DNA from: Malacoraja senta
Taxonomy: Eukaryota
Direction: 5' to 3'
Length of the DNA stretch: 64,000 bases
Assembly: GCA_038087875.1 (NCBI GenBank)
Contig: CM075995.1
Coordinates: 1,676,001 to 1,740,000 of the forward strand
Both the position numbers and the translations under genes were made by a program. A model generated the notes under the pieces. The model saw nothing but the letters and a program-made list of their open reading frames with translations. It searched no databases and had not been told where the DNA came from. Positions 12,496 to 27,034 of the stretch are shown in pieces; positions within the stretch are counted from its first letter, which is position 1, and every line of letters starts with the position of its first letter.

Positions 12496-12956
12496 CAGAG
12501 GAATCCTCTTGGCGCCTTAGATCTGAACGAAATCAGCGGGCTCGGCTCAGCGAAGCCCCCTTTGTGAACAGCAGAACCTATAAACTTGCAACATGCCTTT
12601 GTTGCCTTTACAATCACTTTGTGCTGGAATGAAGTGAAAGCTTTAGGTCTATTTACCTGCTGCCTCAATGGGAGCGGAGTTGCCAATTCAGTAACAGGGG
12701 GCCATCTGCGACTCCAAGGCTATCGAGTTACAATTAGCACAGCACAAAGGCCGTCGAGTGAGGGACGGGCATCGGCACATCTCCCTGGGAGGGAATCGGG
12801 GAAATAGTTCCCACCCGCAGCAGAACCGTTTCAGTTTGGACCCTTCATTCTTCAGAGACAGGGCCACTGGCTGGCTGCTGTGTGTACGGTGGGCTTATTC
12901 CTCTGCTGTCGTTCACAGCCTCTGCCTCTCCCCGGGGCAACATGTTCACTGTCTGA

Positions 12957-13158
12957 GGTAGACAAAAGTGCTGGAGAAACTCAGCGGGTGAGGCAGCATC
13001 TGTGGAGCGAAGGAAATAGGCAACGTTTCGGGCTGAAAATCTTCTTCAGACATTGCCTATTTCCTTCGCTCCATAGATGTTGCCGCACCCGCTGAGTTTC
13101 TCCAGCATTTGTGTCTACCTTCGATTTTCCAGCATCTGCAGTTCCTTCTTAAACGTTG
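12957..13158. mobile_element. Short Penelope-derived inverted insertion with 14-bp TSD
   Basis: TGTTCACTGTCTGA at 12943-12956 and 13159-13172; internal inverted repeat; hammerhead-like core on the minus strand at 13022-13049. Confidence 0.8.
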
Positions 13159-13443
13159 TGTTCACTGTCTGATGCTGTTTTGATAAATCGCATCAGTCCT
13201 CGGGGGACTGTGAGTGGACTGCTCTGAAAGGTTAGAGACATAAATAGGTGCAGGAGGAGGCCTTTTGGCCTGCACCGCCATTCATTGTGACCATGGCTGA
13301 TCATCCACAATCAGTAACCCGTGCCTGCCTTCTCCCCATATCCCTTGATTCCGCTAGCCCCTAGAGCTCTATCTAACTCTCTTTTAAATTCATCCAGTGA
13401 ATCGGCCTCCACTGTCTTCTGTGGCAGAGAATTCCACAAATTC

Positions 13444-14252
13444 TATACAAAAGAATAGAAGTGAGATCGACCGATTGACCAAATGGTGCCAGCACAATAA
13501 CCTGGCTCTCAACACCAGCAAAACCAAGGAACTGATTGTGGACTTTGGAAGGGGTAGGATAGGGACCCACAGTCCCGTTTATATCAACGGGTCGATGGTG
13601 GAAAGGGTCAAGAACTTCAAATTCCTGGGCGTGCACATTTCCGAAGATCTTTCCTGGTCCCAGCACACTGATGCAATTATAAAGAAAGCACATCAGCGCC
13701 TCTACTTCCTGAGAAGATTACGGAGAGTCGGTTTGTCAAGGAGGACTCTCTCGAACTTCTACAGGTGCACAGTAGAGAGCATACTGACCGGTTGCATCGT
13801 GGCTTGGTTCGGTAACTTGAACGTCCAGGAGCGGAAAAGAATGCAGAAAGTTGTAACCACTGCCCAGTCCATCATCGGCTCTGACCTCCCCACCATCGAA
13901 GGGATCTATCGCAGTCGCTGCCTCAAAAAGGCTGCCAACATCATCACAGACCCACACCATCCTGGCCACGCACTCATCTCTCCGCTACCATCGGGCAGAG
14001 GATACAGCAGCCTGAAATCTGTAATATTCAGGTTCAGGAACAGCTTCTTTCCCACAGCCATCAGGCTATTAAACTCACCAACAAACAGACTCTGAACTGT
14101 AACAGCCTCTTGCACTTTATCTGCTTATTTATGTGTATATTGAACTGAACTGTTCTGTATTTTTGCTTACAATATTCTGTTGTGCTGCAGCAGGCAAGAA
14201 TGTCATTGTCCTATCTGGGACACATGACAATAAACTCTCTTGACTTGACTTG
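13444..14252 (+). mobile_element. Rex1/Babar LINE 3' portion
   Basis: Open ORF2 C-terminus (NNLALNTSKTKELIVDF, KFLGVHI, QRLYFLRRL), (CTTGA)n tail, AAATTC TSD. Confidence 0.9.
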
Positions 14253-15364
14253 AAATTCACAACTCTCTGGGTGAAAACGTTTTTTCACATCTCAGTTTTA
14301 AATGGCCTCCCCTTTATTCTAAGACTGTGGCCCCTGGTTCTGGACTCGCCCAACATTGGGAACATTTTTGCTGCATCTAGTCCTTTTACAATTGTATACA
14401 TTTTTATAAGATCCCCCTCATCCTTCTAAATTCCAGTGAATACAAACCCAGTCTTTCCAATCTTTCCTCATATGACAGTCCCACCATCCCGGGAATTAAC
14501 CTCGTGAACCTACGCTGCACTGCCTCAATAGCAAGGATGTCCTTCCTCAAATTAGGAGACCAAAACTGCACACATTACTCCAGATATGGTCTCACCAGGG
14601 CCATGCACCACTGCAGAAGGACCTCTTTACTCCTATACTCAAAGTGGATAACCTCACATTTATCTCCATTGTACTGCATCTGCCATGCATCTGCCCGCTC
14701 ACTCAACCTGTCCAAGTCACCCTGCAACCTCCTAGCATCCTCTTCGCAGTTCACACTGCCACCCAGCTTTGTGTCACCTGCAAATTTGCTAGTGTTACTT
14801 TTAATCCCATCATTTAAATCATTAATATATATTGTAAATGGTTGCGGCCCCAGCACCGAGCCTTGCGGCACTCCACTCGACACTGCCTGCCATTCTGAAA
14901 GGGACCCGTTTATTCCCACTCTTTGTTTCCTTTCTACCAACAAATTCTCTATCCATGTCAATACCCTACCCCCAATACCATGTGCTCTAATTTTGCCCAC
15001 TAATCTCCAGTGTGGGACCTTATCAAAGGCTTTCTGAAAGTCCAGGTACACTACATCCACTGGCTCTCCTTCATCCATTTTACTTGTCACATCCTCAAAC
15101 AATTCCAGAAGATTAGTCAAGCAGGATTTCCCCTTCATAAATCCATGCTGACTTGGACCGATCCTTTTACTGCTATCTAAATGTGCTGCTATTACTTCTT
15201 CAATAATTGACTCCAGCATCTTCCCCACCACCGATGTCAGGCTAACTGGTCTATCATTCCCCGCTTTCTCTCTCGCTCCTTACTTTAAAAGTGGGATAAC
15301 ATTGGCTACCAATCCACAGGAACTGATCCTGAATCTATAGAACATTGGAAAATGATCACCAATG

Positions 15365-18300
15365 ATCTCACTGCAAGATGGCCGTTGTGTTTGGCTGCCC
15401 GTCGTCTCCCGCCTGAACAAAGACCCATTCAAGGTAATCTCTACCATTCGTATGGCCTGCAGTCAAAGCTGGCGTACGAAGGCAAACATTATTGAATATA
15501 CAAGCCTCGGCCGTCGAGGTCTTCACCCGAGTCCCCGGACCGACCACCGGACGATGCCCCACACCGAGCCGAGCCTCTGTCGTCGAGATCTTCATCTGTG
15601 GCCCCGGACTAGACCCCGGACTGGGCCTCCATCAGAGCCCCGGACTGAGCCCCGGACAAGGCTTTCCTTACCTTTCATTCCTCGCTCGGCTCCCGATGGA
15701 TGTACGGGCTCGGCCTTGTGGCGGCCGGCGCACGCACCGAGCCTGGAGGCGGAGTAAACGCGCAGGCGCCCTGGTAAGGCTGAAGAACCTCGCCCGCGCC
15801 CGTTTAACATCAACTTACCTCGCCCAGCGCGGTGAGGACGGACCTGGTCGGCCCTACCGCTCCATCCATCGACGGTCCCTCGAGCCCAGGTATGTTTTTC
15901 TCCGGTCGATCCTCCCGATCCCCGCTCTGTCGGCCCGCGGGCTCCCAGCCAGGCCCTGTGTGAAGCGCAGCGGCGTGGTCTCCCTGAACCTCCGCCCGCT
16001 GGCATGGGAGCCGCTACCGGCCCTCAACTCACCTGCAGTCCCTGCAAAAGTGGCCCTGATCACTGCGAGATCAGTGCTGAATAAAACCTTCGTCCTCAAT
16101 GACTTCTTCACCGCACGTGGATTGGACTTCCTACTGATCACTGAAACCTGACTTAATCCTGGTGAGCTTGCTCCACTCGTGGAACTCTGCCCCGATACCT
16201 GTAACTTTTTCAGCTCGCCCAGGCTCTCAGGTCGCGGTGGGGGCCTAGCCACCGTGTTTAAGAAGAATTTCAACTGCCGCCTTCTGAACGCTGATCACAT
16301 CTCCAGTTTTGAACATCAACTAATCATAGTTGGTCTAATCTGTCCGCTTTTAATTGTTCTTGTGTATCGCCCACCAAAAACGAATAAGGACTTCATCTCA
16401 CAATTTGGCTAGCTTGTTGCCCAAATTTGACCAGGTCCTGATTCTTGGTGACTTTAACATTCATGTCTGCTGTCCCACGAAGCCTCTTGTGAGTGAATTT
16501 ATGAACCTGGTTGAGTCCTTCAATCTGTCTCTACTCACCACTGGATCCACGCACAAGCTTGGCCATACACTAGACCTAGTGCTTTCGTCTGGTCTCCCAA
16601 TATGTAACATAGATATTATTGATGCCTGCCTGTCTGATCATAGTGCTATTATATTCGATATATCTCTGCCTTTCTCTCCCTCAAAATCCCATCTCCCTGA
16701 TCGCTATTCCCGCTACGTTAACTCCACGACGGCCAGTAAGTTCTCTGAGGCTCTCATAGCCGCCCCCAACATCTGCACTATTGAGGTGTCTACCCCGCAT
16801 CTCAGCACCGACGACCTCATTTCGCTATTCAATACCACCTGCTCTTCCATCCTGGATTCTGTTGCTCCTCTTAAAATGAAAAAGCCTAAGCCTAAAGGCG
16901 AGCCGTGGCTCAATGACACCACTAGAGCCCTAAGAAGAGAATGCAGAAAATCAGAACGGAAGTACAAATCTGATGCTTCAAATTTTCTTTGAACTCCTGA
17001 AAAACAATCTTCACAATTACCAGGAAGCGGTAAAATCTGCAAGAACTAAATACTTTTCCACCCTTATCTCCAAAACCGCTCATAATTCCAAGGTCCTTTC
17101 TAGCACCATCACCTCCATCATTTGTCCTGTCCCCAGCACCAGCTTAACTGGGTCCCCTGCTAAGTGCGAGGAATTTACTACATTTTTCACCAGCAAGGTA
17201 AAAAACATAAGAACAAATATTTCCCCTCCCACCCGTGACCTGGCTGTCTCATTGGTCTGCTCTTCAAAATTAGATTGTTTCCAACCCGTTACTCTAACCT
17301 CCCTTGTAAAACTGATCACCACCATGAAACCTACTACCTGCCCCCTCGACACTGTCCCCTCTGCCCTCCTAAAGGACGTAATTACAACAGCCGGTCCCAG
17401 CATCTTCGCCATCTTCAACAGTTCTCTGGCCACTGGCACTGTACCTACCTGCTTCAAGCACGCGGTGGTCCAACCACTCCTGAAAAAAAATAACCTCGAC
17501 CTCACCTTGCCAAGCATCTACAGACCCATTTCTAAACTGCCTTTCCTCTCAAAAGCCCTTAAAAAGGTAATTTTAAGTCACCTTATGCCTCACCTTCACC
17601 AAAACACTATCTTGGAAACTTTCCAATCAGGTTTCAGGGCTCACCACAGCACAGAGTCTGCCTTGTTGAAGGTACATAATGACCTACTGCTCACCGTTGA
17701 CTCCGGCGACTGTGCAATCCTGCTCCTTCTTGACCTCAGCGCAGCATTTGATACTGTCGACCACACCATCCTAATTGACCGTCTCCGGTACGGGGTTGGT
17801 ATTGATGGCACTGCCCTGAGCTGGTTCATCTCCTACCTCAAAGGTAGGAGTTTCTCGACTAACATAGGCAACTCTTTCTCCTCCCCAGCTAGCCTCTGCT
17901 GTGGGGTTCCACAAGGTTCCATCCTTGGCCCCATTCTCTTCTCCTTGTATATGCTCCCCTTAGGCCAAGTCATTGAAAGGCACGGCATTTCCTTCCATTG
18001 CTACGCAGATGATACACAACTCCATCTCCCCCTGAAGCCCAAAAACCAATCAAACCTGCTTAACCTTACCCACTGCCTCGAGGATATAAAGTGTTGGATG
18101 GCCCAGAACTTCCTCCAACTAAACGAGTGTAAGTCTGAGGTTATCCTTCTCGGCCCCTCGGACTCAATCAAAACGATAGCAGGCAGCCTTGGAAGCCTTA
18201 CCCCACTACTCAAACCTCACGTCAAAAACCTTGCCGTGATATTTGACTCAGCACTGAAATTTGACAAACAAGTCAATGCCGTGGTAAAAGCTAGCTTCTT

Positions 18301-19107
18301 TCAGCTTCGGACGATGTAATAATGTAATAATAATTGATAATATTATCAATTTAAAAATGTAAGACTGTAATGATGTTAATAGGTTGTGTACTTTTCTCCA
18401 ATAAAAAATATTTTCAAAAAAAAAAAAAAAAAAAAAAAAGGACGATAGCTAAAATAAAACAATTCCTCCACTTTGATGACCTCGAAAAGATCATCCACAC
18501 ATTTATCTCCTCCCGCCTAGATTACTGCAACTCCCTTTCCACTGGCATCAGCCAATCTTCCCTGTCCCGCCTGCAACTGGTCCAAAACGCCGCAGCGAGA
18601 CTCCTGACGGGCACCCGAAAAAGGGACCACATCACCCCGATCCTGGCCTCTCTCCACTGGCTCCCTGTGCGGTCCCGTATACATTTCAAGATCCCCCTCT
18701 ATGTCTACAAAGCCCTCAATGGGCTTGCCCCCACCTACATTAAAAGTTTTCTCACCCACCACTCCACCTCCAGGTCCCTCAGATCGGCCGACTTGGGGTT
18801 GCTGAATATCCCGCGGTCTAGGCATAAGCTCAGGGGCGACCGCGCCTTAGCGGTTGTAGCTCCTAGACTGTGGAACAGCATCCCTCTTCCCATCAGAACT
18901 GCCCCCTCCATCGACTCCTTTAAGTCAAGACTAAAAACGTATCTATACTCCCAAGCCTTTCTTGACGTCCTCTGAGTGAGGGCTATATGTATATATGTAT
19001 GTAGTTTGTTTGTTTATATTATTCTTATAACAAATGTAAAGCACTTTGGCCAACGAGAGTTGTTTTTAAAATGTGCTATATAAATAAAGGTGACTTGACT
19101 TGACTTG
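15365..19107 (+). mobile_element. Near full-length L2-clade LINE (APE endonuclease + RT), disrupted
   Basis: APE motifs (ARS..NK, LLITET, VYRPP, LGDFNIH, HTLDLV, SDH) and RT motifs ([31 protein letters not shown]); L2-type C-terminus SRLDYCN...LHWLP; (TGACT)n tail; AATG TSD; one stop and frameshifts. Confidence 0.92.
18316..18439 (+). mobile_element. Tiny poly(A)-tailed retro-insertion inside L2
   Basis: AATAAA at 18400, A-tail, GGACGAT TSD (18309-18315, 18440-18446); the L2 frame is continuous across it. Confidence 0.85.
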
Positions 19108-19698
19108 AATGTGTCCACGATTTCTCGAGCCACCCTGGGATGCAGACCATCAGGCCCTAGGGATTTATCAGCCTTCAATCCCATCAGTCTACCCAATACT
19201 ATTTCTTGCCAAATGCAAATTTCTTTCAGTTCCTCTGTCTCCCTAGATCTTCTGTCCTCCAGTACATCTGGGAGATTGTTTGTGTCTTCCTTAGTGAAGA
19301 CAGAACCAAAGTACATGTTCAAGTCTTCTGCCATTTCCTTGTTCCCCATAATAAATTCACCTGTTTCTGCCTTCAAGGGACCCACATTTGTCTTTACTAA
19401 TCTTTTTCTCTTAACATACCTAAAGATGCTTTTACTATCCTTCTTTACATTCTTGGCCAGCTTGCCCTCGTACTTCATCTTTTCACCCCGTATTGCCCTT
19501 TTTGTTACCTTCTGTTGTCTTTTGAAAGTTTCCCAATCCTCCGGCTTCCCGCCACTCTTTGCGATGTTATGCACCTTTTCTTTTAGTTTTATTCCATCCC
19601 TAACTTCCCTTGTCAGCCACGGTTGCCTCTTACTCCCATTAGAATCTTTCTTCCTCTTTGGAATGAAATGATCCTGCATTTTGTGGATTATGCCCAGA

Positions 19699-20195
19699 AT
19701 CGTGGCTTGGTTCGGCAACTTGAGCGCCCTTGAGAGGAAAAGACTACAAAGAGTAGTAAACACTGCCCAGTCCATCATCGGCTCTGACCTCCCTTCCATC
19801 GAGGGGATCTATCGCAGTCGCTGCCTCAAAAAGGCTGGCAGTATCATCAAGGACACACACCATCCTGGCCACACACTCATCTCCCTACTACCTTCAGGTA
19901 GAAGGTACAGGAGTCTGAAGACTGCAACGACCAGGTTCAGGAATAGCTACTTCCCCACAGCCATCAGGCTATTAAACCTGGCTCGGACAAAACTCTGATT
20001 ATTAATAACCCATTATCTGTTATCTGCACTTTATCAGTCTATTTATTCATGTGTGTATATATTTATAGAATGGTATATGGACACACTGATCTGTTTTGTA
20101 GTAAATGCCTACTATGTTCTGTTGTGCTGAAGCAAAGCAAGAATTTCATTGTCCTATCAGGGACACATGACAATAAACTCACTTGACTTGACTTG
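19699..20195 (+). mobile_element. Rex1/Babar LINE 3' fragment
   Basis: IVAWFGNL...LLPSGRRYRS...SYFPTAIRLLN and (CTTGA)n tail. Confidence 0.88.
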
Positions 20196-20770
20196 AAATT
20201 CCTGCCATTGCTGTTCCACCATTATTCCTGCTAGGATCCTTTTTCAGTCGACCTTGGCCAGCTTTTGCTCTGGTATTATATTTCATTCACGTGTTTAAAC
20301 TATAATGTTTTATACTTAATGTTTTCATGTTTTATTCTTAATGGTTTACTGTATGTCGTATTTGTTACTTGCGAGCGGAGCAACAAGGCAAATTCCTTGT
20401 ATGTGTACATACTTGGCCAATAAACATTCATTCATTCATTCATTCATTTATTCATGCCTTCATAGTCCCATTTGTTCAACTGCAACACTGACACTTCTGA
20501 TTTAACCTTCTCCCTCTCAAATTGCAGATTAAACCTTATCATATTATGATCGCTACCTCCTAGCGGTTCCTTTACCTTGAGTTTAATTTGCTATTTAATT
20601 TAAGTAAGTAAGTAAGTAAGTAAGTTTATTGGCCAAGTACTCACATACAAGGAATTTGCATTGGTGCTCCGCCCACAAGTAACAACATGACATACAGTGA
20701 CAGTTACGAATAACTCAGAAAACACTAAACATTAATAATAATAAAACATTAATGATAAAACACCATTGAT

Positions 20771-21545
20771 CCGGAGGAGGCGCTGTCCAGAACGGCTGCC
20801 TGTCCTGCAGCTGTCCGTTTTTTTCCCTTCTTTTTTATTATTTTTAGTACGTTGAGTGTGTAGTCAGGGGGCCTAATCTTTTTATGTGTGGGGGGTGGTG
20901 GGGGGGAAGAGGGAAACTGCTTTTCGAGTCCCTACCTGGTCGGAGGGGTTGCCTTCCTCTGAGCAGCGCCTTCGACCTGTCCTTGCGGCCTACCAGCGGG
21001 TCCTGGAGCGACGTTTCCCTGAGGGGACCTGGCCAGAACATCGGCTTTGGCGGCGGCGCAGAACATCGGCTTTGGCGGCGGTGCAGAACATCGGCTTTGG
21101 CGGCGGTGCAGCGCTGGAGCGCTGTCGTGGAGCGGGCGATGCCTTTCCTGGGTCGCCGCGCTGGAACTCCAGTATACTGGGACCGCCGATGAGAACATCG
21201 TGGAGCAGCGGTTCTGTGGAGCGGCCCAGCTGCGACGCTGAACGTTACATCCCGGAGCCTGGGATCTCTCGCTGAGGTTGCCAGTGTGTGGAGCTCCGTC
21301 CGGCGCGGTCTGTTGGCTTGGAAGCCGCGGTCTTCGGTGGGAAGGTGGTCGTTCCTGGTACCCCAAGCTGCTGGGGGTTCTCCCGATGCCGGAGTACCAT
21401 CACCCGGCGAGAACATCGGGCGCCGTGGCAGCGACTGCGGAGGCCTCAGTGGGCCCGACTCTGGGTGGACAAGAGGATGGGGACTGGACTTTGTGCCTTC
21501 CCCCACAGTGGGGACCACTGTGGGGGGATGTTTTGGTGTTGAACT
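20771..21545 (+). mobile_element. GC-rich non-coding interspersed element, 3' end missing
   Basis: Head and core homologous to 38838-39870; three copies of a 24-bp unit at about 21034-21110. Confidence 0.6.
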
Positions 21546-21913
21546 TCTTGGAGTACTCGTGGATAAAACTGTTTTTATGTCTGGCTGTGGCAGTTTCTCA
21601 TCTCTCTCTGTCTGCGAGTGTCTCTAGTTTCCTCTCTCGACACTCTCTTGACTCCCTGCCCCTTTCTAACTCAGATGTACCCAAATGTCAGTGGTGGACT
21701 TGGCGCAGAAGACGGGGGGGGGATATTCAAACTTCATTGGGCAGCACGGTGGCGCAGCGGTCGAGTTGCTGCCTTACAGCGATGACAGCGCCGGAGACCC
21801 GGGTTCGATCCTAGCTTTGCCACAGAGAGCTGTGGAGGCCAAGTCAATGGATATTTTTAAGGCAGAGATAGATAGATACTTGATTAGTACGGGTGTCAGG
21901 GGTTATGAGGGGG

Positions 21914-22600
21914 TACGATACGATAGAACTTTATTTATCCCAGGAGTGAAATTGATCTGCCAACAGTCATAAAAACACAAAATACATGAAACATCAAAAT
22001 AAAGTGACGAGTGGAAAGGATTCAGGATGTGCAAAGATTGGGGGGTGGGGGAGAGTCAGTCTCAGTCTCAGTCTACCCAACGACTGAAGGGGGAGGAGAT
22101 GTACAGTTTGATAGCCACAGGGAAGAAGGATCCCCTGTGGCGTTCTGTGCTTTCAAACCAGTCTGTTGCTGAAGGTGCTCCTCAGGTTGACCAGTGCGTC
22201 GTGGAGGGGGTGTGAGCTGTATTGTCCAGGATGCTCCGCAGTTTGAGGAGCATCCTCCCCTCCAAGACCACCTCCCGTGAATCCAACTCCGCCCCCAGGA
22301 CGGAGCCAGCATTCCTGGTGAGTTTGTTGATCCTGTTGGCGTCCGCGGCCTTCGCCCTGCTGCCCCAGCGCACGGCAGCGAAGAAGGTGGCACTGGCTAC
22401 CACCGATTGGTAGAACATCTGCAGCATCTCACTGCAGATGTTGAAAGAGCGGAGCCTTCTCAGAAAGTACAGGCGGCTCTGTCCCTTCTTGTACAGGGCC
22501 TCAGCGTTCCTGGACCAGTCCAGTTTACTGTCCAGGTACACTCCAAGGTACTTGTCCTCCCTGGTAAACTGCACATTCACACCATTGATGGAGACAGGGG
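21914..22600 (-). mobile_element. Rex1/Babar LINE fragment, second subfamily
   Basis: KYLGVYLDSKLDWS...KKGQSRLYFLRRLRSFNI...FYQSVVAS. Confidence 0.85.
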
Positions 22601-22875
22601 ACAGGGGTTTAGAGGAAAAGATAGATCAGCCATGATTGAATCACTAAACTTTACTAAACTAAAGCCAGTGGGAAGACATTCTGGTCAAGGTTATCATCAT
22701 AGTTGATAATATCATAGCAGATATTGCTGGCAAGTGTGGTGTTTATTGCTCATCCTTCTTCCCCTAAACAAGTGGTGATAGAGCTTCTACTATTTGACAC
22801 AAACGAGCGGCAAGACACTTCAGAGTCTGAAGAAGATGTCTCGAGCCAAAACGTCACCTTCTCTCCAGAGATGCT

Positions 22876-23170
22876 GGTGGCACAGCGGTAGAGTTGCTGT
22901 CTTACAGCGCCAGAGACCCTGGTTCGATCCTGACGACGGGTGCTGGTCTGTAGGGAGTTTGTACGTTCTCCCCGTGACCTGCGTGGGTTTTTTCCCCAAG
23001 ATCTTCGGTTTCCTCCAACGCTCCAAAGACGTACAGGTTTGTAGGTTTTACTGGCTCCAGTAAAATTGTAAAATTGTTCCCAGTGTTAACGTACAGGATG
23101 ACCGCTGGTCAGCAGGGACTCGGTGGGCTGAATGGCCCATTTCCACACTGTATCTCCAAAGTACTAAAGT
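22876..23170 (+). mobile_element. HE1-like V-SINE
   Basis: A and B boxes, V-core and tail. Confidence 0.85.
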
Positions 23171-23263
23171 AAATTAGAACAGGTAATTCGAATTTCACTG
23201 TACCTTAATTGGTACGTGACAATACACTTGGCCTTGACCTTGACCTAATACATATATATACTA

Positions 23264-23703
23264 CGCTCAAAATGTGGATTGCAAGTATGTTGGATACCGC
23301 ACATCTTGAGGAAATGCGATTCCTCCTAATAGATAAATTTGACCAATTCATAACGAGTTGGTCTCCATTTGTCGTCTTTTTGGAAACGTATGGTGCAAAA
23401 CAGGTGTAAAAGCTAATCCGTGACTGCGGATGGTCAAGATTATAAATGATCTCCTTCTATTTTCTTTTCTTCTTTTCTTTTCATTTATTCTCTTTCTTCT
23501 ATTTTCTATGTCTCAACTTTCTTATTTCATTCTTTATTTTTCTTTTTCACACACTATATATCTCACATTTTTCTATTTTTCATTATCTAACTTTTTTCTT
23601 TTTCTTCTTTATTTCAAAAAATTTAAAAAATAAGAAGCTGTACATAAAAGGTATTATGAAAATATGATTGTATACAATTGTACTTACTTCTAATAAAATT
23701 AAA

Positions 23704-23733
<30 letters not shown>
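23264..23733 (+). mobile_element. L1-clade 5'-truncated insertion
   Basis: ORF2-like terminus W...HLEEMRF...F...WSPF, T-rich UTR, AATAAA, poly(A), 17-bp TSD AATACATATATATACTA (23247-23263, 23734-23750). Confidence 0.85.
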
Positions 23734-23740
<7 letters not shown>

Positions 23741-23747
23741 ATATATA

Positions 23748-25292
<1,545 letters not shown>

Positions 25293-25848
25293 TGTTCTGG
25301 AGAAGAACAATCAAAGTCACTTCTATTCAAGAATTTCCTTTTAAACCAAAGTAACGTACTCAAAAGAAATCACATCCTCTGGATTAGTCTTCTTCTTAGG
25401 CAGAACCCGGATTGGGGAAGATCTGCTTCCAATTTCATTTTGTGAGTTATGATGACTTTGGAGAAAAGGCAGGAGAATGGGGTTGAGGGAGAAATAGATC
25501 AGCTATGATCTAATGGCAGAGCAGATTCGATGGGCTGAGTTGAAGGCTATGTCTTATGGTGGTCTAATTGGTATTGGTATTTGTTTATCATTGTTACGTT
25601 AACTGAGGTACAATGAAAAGCTTTTGTTTGCATGCTAGCAAATGTCATCAGATAAGGCTATACATCAGCACATCCGAGATACACATCGACGACAGGTAGT
25701 GCAAGAGAATAGCAGAGTGCAGAGTAAAGTGTGTACAATTTTGTAGTGTTACAGTTCCAGAGGAAAATTCCAGAGTCCACAGTGAGACAGGTTGAAAGAT
25801 CAAAACAGTTTTACTGTTTAGTAGCTCATCAAACACCACTGTTTGCTG

Positions 25849-25852
<4 letters not shown>

Positions 25853-25947
<95 letters not shown>

Positions 25948-25985
25948 TGCGTGCGTGCGTGCGTGCGTGCGTGTATGTGTGTGTG
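25853..25985. repeat. (GT)n/(GTGC)n microsatellite
   Basis: Seen directly. Confidence 0.97.
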
Positions 25986-26650
25986 ATAGAGTCATAGAGT
26001 CTTTCAGTGTGGAAGCAGGCCCTTCGGCCTCACTTTCACCCGCTGGTGAGGATGTTCAAACTCCATACAGAGAGCGCCCGTAGTCAGGATCGAACCAACG
26101 TCTCTGGCGCTGTAAGGCAGCAACTCTACCGCTGCGACAGCATGCCGTCCTGTTAAGTGCTGTTGAAATAAAGATTTAAAAGAGTGGAGCGATTGCAGTG
26201 AATGATAGCACGTCCGCTGTTGGGACCGGCACGCAAAGAGTCACCTGGCTTCGGTGCCATCTTGATAAAAGACGCTAGCTCTCCCGCTTTTCCCCCACAC
26301 GATAGACAATAGATGCAGGAGGAGGCCATTCGTCCCTTCGAGCCAGCACCGCCATTCACTGTGATCATAGTTGATCATCCACAATCAGTTCCTGCCTTCT
26401 CCCCATATCATAACACACAGAAGAGCTGGTGGGAATTCCAAATAAAAGCAGAGGCTGGTAGTTTCTCAGTGCAGGAACTGGAGGCTGGATTCGAAGTGTG
26501 TAGTGAAGGAACTGCAGATGCTGGTTTAAACCGAAGATCGACACAAAATGCTGCAGTAAACTCAGCGGGACAGGCAGCATCTCTGGAGAGAAGGAATGGG
26601 TGACTTTTTGGGGTCGAGACCCTTCTTCTGAAGCCTGTCCTGCTGAATAA

Positions 26651-27034
26651 AGGGCCTGTCCCACTTAGGAGACCTAAACAGCAACATCTGGTGACCTTGC
26701 CCGCCACCCAAGGTTTCCATGAGGTTCACCGGAGGTTTTGGTCACTCTCGCTAATGGTCGAAAGTGGTTTCCGCGTGGTCGACGCGTCATCTAGGTTGCT
26801 GCTATTTTTTCCATCATGATTAAACCCGGCCTCGACGTTTGCCGTTTTAAAAATCGATAATTTTTTTGTCGCAGGTCTAGTCGAAGCCGGTTTTCTTCAT
26901 AGTCGAGGAAGGTTTTTAACATATGCGTGGGAGGTGGTAGGAGGTTGCAGGTCACCTCGACCTTGATTTTATTTTGGGTGGCGGGCAAAGTCACCAGAGG
27001 TTGCTGATTAGGTCTCCTAAGTGGGACAGGCCCT
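26651..27034. mobile_element. PIF/Harbinger-type MITE 2, inserted in a Penelope pLTR
   Basis: TIR AGGGCCTGTCCCACTTAGGAGACCTAA; flanks TAA and TTA. Confidence 0.85.

Larger units (their letters stand above)
13244..20585 (-). mobile_element. Long decayed CR1 ORF2 split by four later insertions
   Basis: Collinear pieces: 3' end 13244-13443, 14253-15364 ([25 protein letters not shown]), 19108-19698, 20196-20265, 20454-20585. Confidence 0.85.

Noticed and set aside
14504..19671. Long antisense ORFs over CR1 and L2 (for example 14504-15037, 17080-17517 and 19105-19671)
   Set aside because: Shadows of LINE ORF2 on the opposite strand.
21739..21811. tRNA-like sequence with A and B boxes
   Set aside because: It matches the V-SINE head found throughout the window and has no complete acceptor stem.
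20844..21814. Overlapping 100-220 aa GC-rich ORFs (also 39212-40128 and 44519-45805)
   Set aside because: They lie in interspersed repeats, have no domain motifs, and are open in many frames because of GC content.
25648..26083. HTHT and CVCV ORFs (also near 45045-45416, 50241 and 55152)
   Set aside because: Dinucleotide-repeat artefacts.
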